A stretch of DNA of 64,000 bases, from positions 164,238,001-164,302,000 of the forward strand of contig NC_042997.1 in NCBI RefSeq assembly GCF_006345805.1, written 5' to 3'. This DNA is from Octopus sinensis. Taxonomy: Eukaryota. The position numbers and the translations under genes are program-made. Every line of letters begins with the position of its first letter. Position 1 is the stretch's first letter. Below the pieces are notes generated by a model. That model made no database searches. It had not been told where the DNA came from and saw only the letters and a program-made list of their open reading frames with translations. Below are positions 1 through 10,230 of the stretch, piece after piece.

Positions 1-77
1 CTGAAATGAAACACCATATCAAAATAATTGATTCATTAAGGGGTTAAAGATGGATCTGACCCCTCGTGGAAAATTCA

Positions 78-349
78 CAGACAATTGATCATGTTGTTTC
101 TGGCTGTCCAGTCCTCACAGAAATGAGTACCTCATAAGACATGACAGACAAGGGCAGTACATCCAGTGGATGTAGTGCCCGAGATAAGTAGTACAGGCAC
201 CATCCAGAGGATATAGCAAATGGTGAAGGTATCACCATCCTTTGGAACTTCAAAATACAAACAAACAGAAAAATTGACTCCAATTGACCAGAAATTGTGA
301 TCAAGGACTACAACAGAAGAACTTGTTTGTTAATAGATATGTCTGTCCC
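78..349 (+). mobile_element. Decayed fragment of an RLE-type non-LTR retrotransposon (R4/Dong-like), covering the zinc knuckle end and the restriction-like endonuclease
   Basis: Manual translation across a frameshift and a stop gives TIDHVVSGCPVL / NEYLIRHDRQGQYIQW ... ITILWNFKIQTNRKIDSN*PEIVIKDYNRRTCLLIDMSVP. This matches the HxxxxC, RHD, ILWDF, RPD and ID signature of R2/R4-clade C-termini. Confidence 0.75.
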
Positions 350-529
350 ACAACACTGCAACCAAATCTCACAATAAATTGACACAGTACCGGTACTGTA
401 TTTTATTGATCCCAAAAGGATGAAAAGCTAAGTCACTTTCAGATGTTATAAAGCCTCATTGTGAGTGAAATAAGAAATTAAGCATATTCCTTCTACAGTT
501 TTGATGTACCGAAAAAGGAATTTGAGCAT

Positions 530-579
530 GTCTTCTCTGAGGAGCAGTCAAAAAGCTGTGAAATGGTCTGTCAGAAGAC
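530..579 (+). ncRNA. Candidate type I hammerhead ribozyme, probably Penelope-associated and slightly decayed
   Basis: Stem I GTCTTCT(530-536)/AGAAGAC(573-579); core CTGAGGA(537-543); stem II GCAG(544-547)/CTGT(556-559); GAAA(560-563); minimal stem III; GTC triplet at 570-572. Confidence 0.6.
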
Positions 580-929
580 TCCCCACTCTTTTTTCCTCAC
601 ATTAAAAATGTAGAAGGAATGTGTTTACACTTATATTTCACCTAAACATGGTAGGTGTAAACATTTCTTCAATGCTTCTGATGTGTGGAAAAAAAGGTTA
701 GTTTTCTAAAGGGCTATAATATATATATGTATATGTGTATATATGATATTTCATATATGTACACACCCCTTTAAATTTTTCTGTCATTTCTTATAGTCTT
801 ATATTACTTAATTTATTTTTATTACCTTCAATTCTGATTCAGCATACCTTTAATCAAAGGTATTCCAGTTATGACCATCCCAACCCATCCTTTTTTTATT
901 TATTCTTTTTATTCTCATTGTACATTGGC

Positions 930-1630
930 AGAGAAAATAGACATAGGAATGAGCAAAGGAAATAGATGTAGGAACATTAAGGGAAGTCAACCGAAATACT
1001 ACACCAGACTTAAATATACTCCCATACATCTCCACCCATAACCCTAGAAACAACAAAGCCTTTAACATTATCACCCAAAATCTATCCATTCTCACAGGAG
1101 ATAAAACAATGAACAAAATTTTAGGCTCACACAAAATTATCAAGAGCAAAATGCAACTGAAATCATTGAAAAAATATTAACCAATGCAAGACTATATCCA
1201 TTAACAACGGAACCAAAAGTGAAAAAATGCTTTTGACCTAACTGTGGAACATGTCCCCAACGTTTTGGAGGGTACAGAATTCCACTTTAAACAAGGTGAA
1301 ATATTTATGATTAAATCAAAATTCACCTGTGCCTCGGAAAACCTAATCTATGCCCTTACCTGCTTAAGGTGCGGTAATCAAAATATTGGCCAAACAGGAA
1401 TATCACTCCGTCAAAGATCCACTCTTCACAAAGAACAAATCCACCACCCACAATACAGACAGATACAGGTCAGTGAACACATAGATAGGTGTGCTAGGAA
1501 CCTTAATCCTAATTTCCTAATTTTCCCCTTCTATTAATGTTCACAGAACACCTCAGTACAACAAAGAATGAATAAAGAAGCAACTTTCATCAATAAATAT
1601 CATCTACAACTTAACATGAACACAACATAA
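930..1630 (+). mobile_element. Penelope-like element 3' remnant (linker plus GIY-YIG endonuclease), pseudogenised
   Basis: ILPYISTHNPRNNKAFNIITQNLSIL...KIIKSK linker. ORF 1244-1537 reads FTCASENLIYALTCLRCGNQNIGQTGISLRQRSTLH (GIY-YIG with CxxC). It ends RMNKEATFINKYHLQLN. Frameshifts and stops are present. Confidence 0.85.
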
Positions 1631-1733
1631 TACAGTACACTACTAACCTTACCAATAATGCTACTAACTCTCATAAATTCCTTATACCATTCATATTACA
1701 GTATTATATACCATTTATATTACAGTATTATAT

Positions 1734-1966
1734 AAGGCGGCGAGCTAGCAGAATCGTTAGCACGTCGGGCGAAATGCTTAGCGGTATTTCGGCTGCTGTT
1801 ACGTTGTGAGTTCAAATTCCGCCGAGGTCGACTTTGCCTTTCATCCTTTCGGGGTCGATAAATTAAGTACCAGTTAAGCACTGGGGTCGATATAATCGAC
1901 TTAATACCTATGTCTGTCCATGATTGTCCCCTATATGTTTAGCCCCTTGTGAGTAATAAAGAAATA
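1734..1966 (+). mobile_element. tRNA-derived SINE (family A, Meta-domain-like core)
   Basis: A-box-like TAGCAGAATCG, B-box GAGTTCAAATTCC and core GCCTTTCATCCTTTCGGGGTCGATAAATTAAGTACCAG. A 10-bp TSD AGTATTATAT sits at 1724-1733 and 1967-1976. Many copies occur in the window. Confidence 0.85.
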
Positions 1967-2161
1967 AGTATTATATCAACCCTAATTGCACCATGTCAAG
2001 GTCTACTTACCTCCTTTACACAGTCTTTTTACTCAAGGACTATTAGACCTGATACCGTTTGATAATTGGTGCACATTCAAAGCCAGTGAACAGCAATGAT
2101 TACACTGGTTTGACTTTGAATCTCTTTAACAATTCAAAATAATGAATTTAATTCCTCTTAA

Positions 2162-2382
2162 CCCTTTCGTTACCAACCCAGCTGAAACCGGCTCTGGTTC
2201 TGTAGTACAAATGTCTTGTTTTCATAAGTTTTGAATTAAAATCTTCCACCAAACCTTAGTCACAATTTATGTTCCTAACACTAGCCGAATGATAGCCAAG
2301 TTATTTTACTAAATTCTTTGTTATATTCAAAGTAATTGAAAGAAACAGAGAGCATCTCAAAATAAATACGGTAACGAAAGGG
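2162..2382. mobile_element. piggyBac-like MITE
   Basis: Perfect 13-bp TIR CCCTTTCGTTACC/GGTAACGAAAGGG with TTAA on both sides (2158-2161, 2383-2386). A second copy in reverse orientation lies at about 21931-22124. Confidence 0.85.
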
Positions 2383-2546
2383 TTAATTCTACCTCAGTTC
2401 ATCTAATTGTATTTATTTATCACTACTTTTCACAAAATAGCCTTTTATTTTTTTGATATTCAATGTGCATTTTCACTTTTTTTCTTCTTACTTTCCCTAT
2501 ATATTTTCCAAGTGTAGTTTCTGTTTCCTTTTTGAAACATATTTCT

Positions 2547-2577
<31 letters not shown>

Positions 2578-2579
<2 letters not shown>

Positions 2580-2741
2580 AGGCATAGTTGTGGGTGTGAT
2601 ATAGGTGCATGTGTGGCTGTTTTGTTGCATAGTCTGCTCCCTAACCACATGGTTTCAGGTTCAGTCCCATTGCTAGCCTTCTGAGGGGATTTGACTGACA
2701 GAAACTGAAAGAAACTCATCATGTCATGTGCATGTGTGTGT

Positions 2742-2807
<66 letters not shown>

Positions 2808-3135
2808 ATTTGTGTGTTTCCTTGTCTTGCTATCACTTGAGAGCTATCAATGATGGCCATTGTCATATGAGCAGTGTCCTTTATTTTGCAATATTATGTG
2901 AAAATAGATGTCTTTCCTGGAAACAGGTGAAAGTTGGTGAAATAGAAAATTTGCCTCAATAAATTCCGTCCAACCCATGCAAGTATGGAAAAATCAACAT
3001 TAAAAAGAATAATGATGAAGATGATATAAATATATTCTCCTCCTTTCCGCCACCTCCAGCTCATCATAATCATCATCATAATCATCCTCATCATCATCAT
3101 CATCGTCGCCGTCGTCGTCGTCATCATCATCATCA
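2578..3135 (+). mobile_element. tRNA/CORE-like SINE (family B variant) with internal (TG)n and an RTE-like 3' tail
   Basis: Head GTGGCTGTTTTG...GGTTCAGTCCC, internal (TG)n, and tail TCCGTCCAACCCATGCAAGTATGGAAAA followed by GAT/CAT triplet repeats. Confidence 0.65.
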
Positions 3136-4857
3136 TAATTCTATGTGCATGGATTGGATGGGTTCTTATAGTCTGAGTCAGTTCTTATTTGGAACTGATA
3201 TGTCTAGATATGAACTAATTTGAACAATGATAACCTGGGAAAATTCTTAACTATGAAGCATGGACTATGGCTGGAAAACACAAATAAAATACATTTGCAT
3301 TTTATGCAGTGTCAAGAGACAGTATTACAAGCAAAACTTCTTAACTATATTAATGGAAACTCTACTATTGCTTTAGCTTCCTCACAACCTGCAAATATCT
3401 GTTATCACTGATGTTTCCATTAATCTGACACAGTGTACATTTTATCATGGCACCAGTACTAGAGAGGTTACTTTGTCTTTGTCTAGACTAAAGAGTCCTT
3501 GTTATTTTATGTGTCTCTGATCATTCAAAGCACACACTTCACATGTTTGCAATAACTTTATTATCACGAGACGTTTTAGCATGACTTTAAATTGTGATTT
3601 CTTTTTCTTGAGATTGCTTTACATGAATTTGATGTTTGATGATAGTTTTGTTAGTTTCAGTTTTTCATGAAAAGGATTTAGCTAAAAAAATATAAAAGAC
3701 TTTATGGAATATGCATAATTTAATGATATAAGTAATGTCTATCGATACAGAAAAGAAGTACAGCTTTACTATATATCATTTACCTAAAATAAAACTGCAA
3801 AAATTTTTATGCCATTTTAAAGAAATATAACTATTATATTTTTATACAATGATAATAGATAGAAGTGGTTTGTGAGTAACCTAAAGTAATAACAGAGTTT
3901 CTATTAATATGTATCAAAAATTTGCTTGAGTTTGTCTCTCAATACCCATAAATTGCAATTATTGTTCTAACAGGCACTAGCAACCTGGTTGCATCATATT
4001 AAGAGCAGTTTTCAAGTAGATCATATTTTAACAAATTTTATTTATAAACCAATAAGAGGCTGTAGTTTCTTTATAGATTTATAGCAGATCTGTTGAATGT
4101 TTTTCCACTTTGTATATGCATTGTTCCATTTTCTGTTTTTTAGTTGTTTTCACTGAATTCTTTATATTGTCATATATTTTCCATTTCATGAAAGTGATCT
4201 TTGTTTGTTTTTTTATTAAAAATAAAAGAGACTGTTTTATTAAAATACATAAAGTAGTTTTTGTTAGCTTATGCTTTATTTTTTCTTCTCTATATCTTTA
4301 TCTACTTGATAATAGGTTTATAGATTTTATCGAATATTAACCAATAGTTTCACTTAAGAAGTGATGTTTAATTGTTTGTTGTTTGAGTTTTTCATCCATG
4401 CTTCTTGATTTGGAATATTCTCTGAAAACCAGCCTATTGATATATAGTCATAACCATTTCAAAGCTACATAAACAGGTTATCATATTATATTTGCCATTA
4501 TCATCAATTTAATGTACAATATTTCTGTATGGTGTTAAATGCAATAGCAAGTTGGCTTCAAATGCAAAAGCAAAGATTTTCCTTGCTTAATATAAAATTT
4601 AATTATGAATTTTAAAATTTCCTACAAGAAAAATATATTAATCTATATAAAGATTAATAAATGAGAAATTGACTTTATTATTTCATTTGATGATAAAAGG
4701 AAAATGCACATTTTATTACAATATAAGCTGAAGTGAAATTTCTCTCCAAACTTGCACAATGTTATTTGTATAAGCAGACACTAATAATCTATAATTTCGT
4801 ATTTTTAAATTTAAGGAGCCACTTAAGAGGGGATTGCACATTTATACAAGCACATAA

Positions 4858-5480
4858 TAGGTGGAGGCATGGTTGTGTAGTTAAGCAGTTCACTTTGGAA
4901 ACACTTGATTAGGAGTTCAGTCCTACTGCAGGGATATTGTTGGCTAATACTCTATACTACAGCTATGAGTTAATACTCTATACTACAGCTATTGTGGGTG
5001 AAATTGATGGATGGAAACTGAAGAAACCTGCTGTATGCGTGTATATGTATGTGTGTGAGGTCATATTTCTTCTCCTTTTCATGTGTGTCCATTGTTTGCA
5101 AACAAAAATACATCACGGTGTTGTTTGCTTGCAATCTACTAGAAAAACATCTCTAGACTTGTTGATGCTTATGAACATGTTCAGATGGTGTCATTTGTTT
5201 CTAGTTCTCTGTTGAACAACTCTATAATACAGGCTATTTGTTGTTCAGTAGACCAAGGGATTATTAACTTGTTCAGAAACAAGTGAGGGTTGGCATCAGG
5301 AAGGACGTTCAGTCATAGAAAACATTGCCTCAACATAGTCTTGTCACATTCATGCAAGCATGGAAAAGTAGGTATCAGGCAGTGATGAGAATGATGATGT
5401 TATTGGTGGTGGTGGTGGTGATTATGAAGGATGATAAGGATATTGAGGGATGATAATGATAATGATGATGATGATGATGA
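4858..5480 (+). mobile_element. Old family B SINE with RTE-like tail
   Basis: Same head, GATGGAAACTGAAGAAACC motif, tail CATGCAAGCATGGAAAAG and (GAT)n. Confidence 0.55.
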
Positions 5481-5721
5481 TGATGACGACAACAACAGAG
5501 ATGATGATAACTGGAATTTAGGACTGAGGTTTATCACCATTAATTCCAATTTCTTTAGCATTATGTTTGGTTACCAATACAATTTCTGTAAAGTAAGCTG
5601 ATTCAATGTCACATAGTGTTTAGTACAAAAAAATCTTGGCGAAAATACAACTGTAGATTCTGGTAAAAACTAGATCATTAGTAGAATATATTTTGAAGTG
5701 TTTACTTTTACACATGTTAGT

Positions 5722-5912
5722 AATAATGTCTTATCATCATCATCATCGTTTAGCATCCGTTTTCCATGCTAGCACAGGTTGGACGGTTCGACCAGGGTCT
5801 GGGAAGCCAGGAGGCTGCACCAGGCTCCAGTCTGATCTGGCAGTATTTCTACAGCTGGATGCCCTTCCTAACGCCAACCACTCTGTGAGTGTAGTGGGTG
5901 CTTTTTATGTGC
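5722..5912 (-). mobile_element. RTE LINE 3'-end fragment
   Basis: (CAT)n-CGTTTAGCATCCGTTTTCCATGCTAGCA...GGATGCCCTTCCTAACGCCAACCACT matches the 3' end of the RTE at 10231. Confidence 0.85.
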
Positions 5913-6062
5913 TAGGGGAGTCTCATATCTATTTATATCTATTTGAACTACAATATCTCAGTAAATCAACCTTTTTAAAGTTCAAATACATGTGAGTCAA
6001 CCACTGTGCAGTCCTCTCTCATCCATCTTACTTCACATCATCTCCCTATTTCTTGTCTATCT

Positions 6063-6785
6063 CCTATCTTTTACATGTTTCAGTCATTTTACTGTGGCCA
6101 TGCTGGGGTACTGTCTTGAAGAGTTTTAGTCAAGCGAATTGACCCAGTACTTACAGGGGATGGTGCTGAAAAGTTCCTGGCTTTAAGAGTATAACAAAAG
6201 GCCCAGTTGGAAGCCCTGCCTTCCAAATTCTTTTACAGGGCTTAGAAAAACTGAAGACTGCTGCAATAAGTGTCTGAATCTGAGCGGGGAATATGTTGAA
6301 TAGAATTATAACAAGCTGATCCCCCTGTATTTTTTTTTACCTAAAGTCAGGAAATTTTCAGCACCCATTCGTATTTTTTAGAGCCTAGTATTCATTCTAT
6401 CAATACTCTTTGCCATACCACTAAGGAATGGGGACATAAACACACCAATACCAGTTATCAAGCAGTGGTGGAGGACAAACACAGACACAAACACACATAC
6501 ACACACACGACAGGCTTCTTTCAGTTTCCATCTACCAAATCCACTCACAAGTCTTTGGTCAGCCTGAGGCTGTAGCAGTGGACACTTGCCCAAGGTGCCA
6601 TGCAGGACCATGTGGTTGAGAAGCAAAGACACACACACATACAACAGGCTTCTTTTAGTTTCCATCTACCAAATCCACTCACAAGGCTTTGGTCAGCCTA
6701 AGGCTGTAGCAAGGACACTTGCCCAAGGTGTCATGCAGGACCATGTGTTTGAGAAGCAAACTTTTTATCACACAGCCACGCTGGC
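6063..6785 (-). mobile_element. Family B CORE-like SINE interrupted by a mariner MITE, with a ~130-bp tandem duplication of its head
   Basis: SINE tail at 6063-6150. The segment ACAGGCTTCTTT...GAGAAGCAAA occurs twice (about 6510-6627 and 6643-6760). Confidence 0.7.
6154..6371 (+). mobile_element. Mariner-derived MITE (internal-deletion derivative)
   Basis: TIRs GGTGCTGAAAAGTTCCTGGCTTTA / TAAAGTCAGGAAATTTTCAGCACC with TA flanks. It retains the transposase C-terminus ...NKCLNLSGEYVE*. Confidence 0.8.
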
Positions 6786-6940
6786 ATCTATCTGTAGTTT
6801 TATCATACATCTCCACCCCACTTTATTTACTATCATATATCATCTATTGACCATTTCTAATTTTGTTACTTTCCCCACAAACTGAGATTCACTATTGCTC
6901 ATTCCTCTACCTGAATTCATCATTTTCTACTACTCACCTG

Positions 6941-7099
6941 ATGACAATGATGATAATGATGATGATGATGGCGATGACTATGATGATGACAAAGATGATG
7001 ATGATGATGGTGATGACGATGATGATGACAATGATGATGACAATGATGATGATGATGATGATGATGATGAGGAGGAGGAGGAGGAGGAGGAGGAGGAGG
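6941..7099. repeat. Compound (GAT/GAC)n-(GAG)n microsatellite
   Basis: Directly visible; it produces the poly-D/E and poly-M ORFs. Confidence 0.95.
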
Positions 7100-8179
7100 A
7101 TTCAGTGTATCTGCAGACAGCTAACGAACAGCTACTCATTGACGAAATCCCAATAAAAAATTGGAAACAGTCCAGCTGATAAACATATTTTTTTTTCTGT
7201 CCATAGAAAGATTGTATATATTGGCAGGTAACAGTTGACTGTTCAAGATGTGTTCGATAATACATTATACCATCTTTCTAGTCATAAATAAGATACATCT
7301 AAATCCTTCAAACTCGCTACAAATGCTCTGTTGATATTGCCTCAATAAAATAACAGTGATTTAAGGTCCAAAAACACTTCAATAATTAACAGTTGCACAT
7401 CCCCTTCAAGTCACATCGCAGTGCTCCTAATATATCTACCACAGAGTAACTATCTATACAAAACAAGTGTATACATAAGCAATTCCTCTATAACTTCTTT
7501 CTGTATTTTTAAAATATTTTCCGTTTTACTTTTTGCAGCTTCTGTTTTTATAATAACCTCTGACTCTTCTAAACAGAAAAAAATATATCTTATCTTCTTA
7601 TGCCCACATCCTCATTTTAGCTACATTCAAACTGTGCATCCACCTCTATTTCAGCATTCTTGTTGCATTTCTCTCCATAACTCAAATTTTATCACCATAA
7701 CAACCAAATCGACCATGGTACTTTGCAAGTACTTTTTGAATTTTATTTTTCTATAATCTAAAACTACTTGAGTTATCAACAACTAACAAGGTTATAATTT
7801 ATCTAGTTCTATAACATTTTGGTAAGCACCATAAATAACTCCCGTGTGTTGAGCCTACAATCTGGTTTCAGATTATTGTTGTAACTATTTTTCGGTTATG
7901 TTATTAATTATGAATGAATTAACTGCTGAGAATTTCAGTGCAAATTGTTGTTCTCTATTTTCCTTTGTTTCCATTCAGTGTTGTTCTATATTTCAGCCTA
8001 TTCTAGGATTGTTCCATCTGCTATTCAGTTTTCCCATTACCAGTGAGATTGCTGGTCTCACTCACTAAGCCCTTCTCTAGTTCAGAAGAAAGGGATACTG
8101 TGAGTAACAGAGAGAGATAGAGAGAGTTGGGAGAGAGACAGACAGACAAATATTCTTTTATTGTTATTCTTTTACTTAT

Positions 8180-8316
8180 TTCGGTCATTTGACTCCAGGA
8201 CTTATTCTTTGTAAGCCTAGTACTTTTTCCATCAGTCTCTTTTTGCTGAACTGCTGGATTACTGGAATGTAAACACACCAACATCAGTTGTCAAGTGAGG
8301 TGGGGGACAAGCAAAG

Positions 8317-8364
<48 letters not shown>

Positions 8365-8518
8365 GACAGGCTTCTTTCAGTTTCCATCTACCAAATCCAC
8401 TCACAAGGCTTTGGTTGGTCCAAGGCTATAATAGAAGACACTTACTCAAGGTGCCATGCAGTGGGACTGAACCTGGAACCATGTGGTTGAGAAGCAAGCT
8501 TCTTACCACACAGCCACT
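8180..8518 (-). mobile_element. Family B CORE-like SINE
   Basis: Reverse complement of the head (GTGGCTGTGTGGTAAGAAGCTTGCTT...GGTTCAGTCCCACTGC) with an internal (CA)n(TA)n. Confidence 0.75.
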
Positions 8519-8529
8519 TATATATGTAT

Positions 8530-9227
8530 ACTAGCTGAGGTAACTGGTAATAAATTACTGTTAATAAGATGTGTTTATAGCCATGAAACATTTTTCGTCA
8601 AATTTCAACATTTTTCAAAAAATTAAAATCTATATTAATGAGTAGGACCAATTTGATAAAAAAAAAATGAGCAGAGTCTGGTATCAAACCTGTGTCATCG
8701 TCATTTTTGTGCATGTGCATAAAATGGTGAAATTTCATGCTTTGGGGCAGATTTTGTCAAATTGATGTCACAACGGCTAGTGTGCAAAATGCCTAAATTT
8801 TGCTTGAGAAATAAAATGTTCTTACCTAATGAAAACCTGAAATGCTGTGGAATTAAAACAACAAATTTAAATAATAAGTTTTAGCAAATCAAAACAACTC
8901 ACATTAAAATGAAGAATTAGCAAATGCTAAATAGATTACCATTAATAAGCTGTCTGTTTATACCTATGAAACATTTTTCATAAAATTTCGCCATTTTTCA
9001 TCAAATTGATGTCATGATGGATAGTGTGGAAAATGCCGAAATTTAACAATTTAAAAAAAAACGATTTTTTAAGAATTACAAGTGTATAAGTGACCGCACT
9101 GGCTTAAGCCCCCCCCCCCCCCACCACCATACACACAAATGTCAAGTTTCATCAAGGTCTGTTGGATAATCTCGGAGGAGTTAAAGTAACAAATTCACAA
9201 ACACACAAACTAACCATTTGATATCAT
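8530..9227 (+). mobile_element. Non-autonomous Helitron-like (Lep1/HINE-type) element
   Basis: 5' ACTAG start and 3' AAGTTTCATCAAGGTCTG...GGAGGAGTT...ACAAACACACAAAC architecture; no TIR or TSD. Confidence 0.5.
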
Positions 9228-9318
9228 ATACATACATACATACATACATACATACATACACACATACATACATACATACATACATACATACATACATACA
9301 TACATACATACATACATA

Positions 9319-9716
9319 ATGTATATGGTGTGTGATGAGAATTTATGGAAAGGTATCCCTAAAAGTTTTAGTTTTTTCACAACTAGACTCAACGAGTTTT
9401 TCAGTACACTCTTGATCTCTCATAAGGATAAAATATGTATATCCGAATATGTTATTTGCTATTTCTTCCATCAAGTCTTCTGTAACAATAATAATAATTT
9501 TTTTGATGTATTCTTTTTTTGCACTGAGGAGAGCAGTGATATGTAATTAATTTCTAATTATTCTACCATGTTATTTACATGTTAATATTGCTGTTTCAAA
9601 TGCTCATATGCATGTATTAGAATTCTTTTTCAAATCTTCACATCTCCATATTTAACAGTTTGTTGAGTTTCTATGGAATACCTTTCCATAAATTCTCATC
9701 ACATACCATATACATG
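9319..9716. mobile_element. MITE with ~38-bp TIRs and TA flanks (Tc1/mariner type)
   Basis: ATGTATATGGTGTGTGATGAGAATTTATGGAAAGGTAT (9319-9356) is inverted at 9678-9715 with one mismatch. Confidence 0.75.
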
Positions 9717-9845
9717 TAATAATTTCATATTCGCAAAAATCTTACGCCAGTAAGCTACCAACGAAATATGAAGAATCTTTGTTAGAAATCGCCCTTTGGA
9801 ACTTTCCAAAGTAAAGGATGAAATAGAACTCAGCCTTTTCACACG

Positions 9846-9882
<37 letters not shown>

Positions 9883-9902
9883 TTATATATATATATATAT
9901 AT

Positions 9903-10222
9903 ATCATAATCATCATCATCATCATCATTGTTTAACGTCTGTTTTCCATGCTAGCATGGGTTGGACGATTTGACTGAGGACTGGCGAACTTGACAACCGA
10001 GGTTGGTGTGCACCAGGCTCCAATCTTGATCTGGCAGAGTTTCTACAACTTGATGCCCTTCCTAATGCCAACCACTCTGAGAGTGTAGTGGGTGCTTTTA
10101 CGTGCCACCAGCACAAGGGCCAGTCAGGCGGTACTGGCAACAGCCATGCTCAAATGGTGTTTTTTACATGCCACTTGCACAGGAGCCAGTCCAGTGGCAC
10201 TGGCAATGACATTGCTCGAATA
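9903..10222 (-). mobile_element. RTE LINE 3'-UTR fragment
   Basis: (CAT)n tail plus the RTE 3' terminal sequence and GGTGCTTTTACGTGCCACC units. Confidence 0.8.
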
Positions 10223-10230
10223 TATACATA

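Noticed and set aside
7100-7235. Acidic ORF end and a possible 21-nt plus-strand micro-exon (TAG|AAAGATTGTATATATTGGCAG|GTAACA)
   Set aside because: The ORF is driven by a microsatellite and the micro-exon has no support from neighbouring plus-strand exons.
7990-8105. Exon-like segment with splice signals on both strands
   Set aside because: The strand is ambiguous and the minus-strand polypyrimidine tract is a (CT)n repeat, so it cannot be linked to the 16.2-kb exon.
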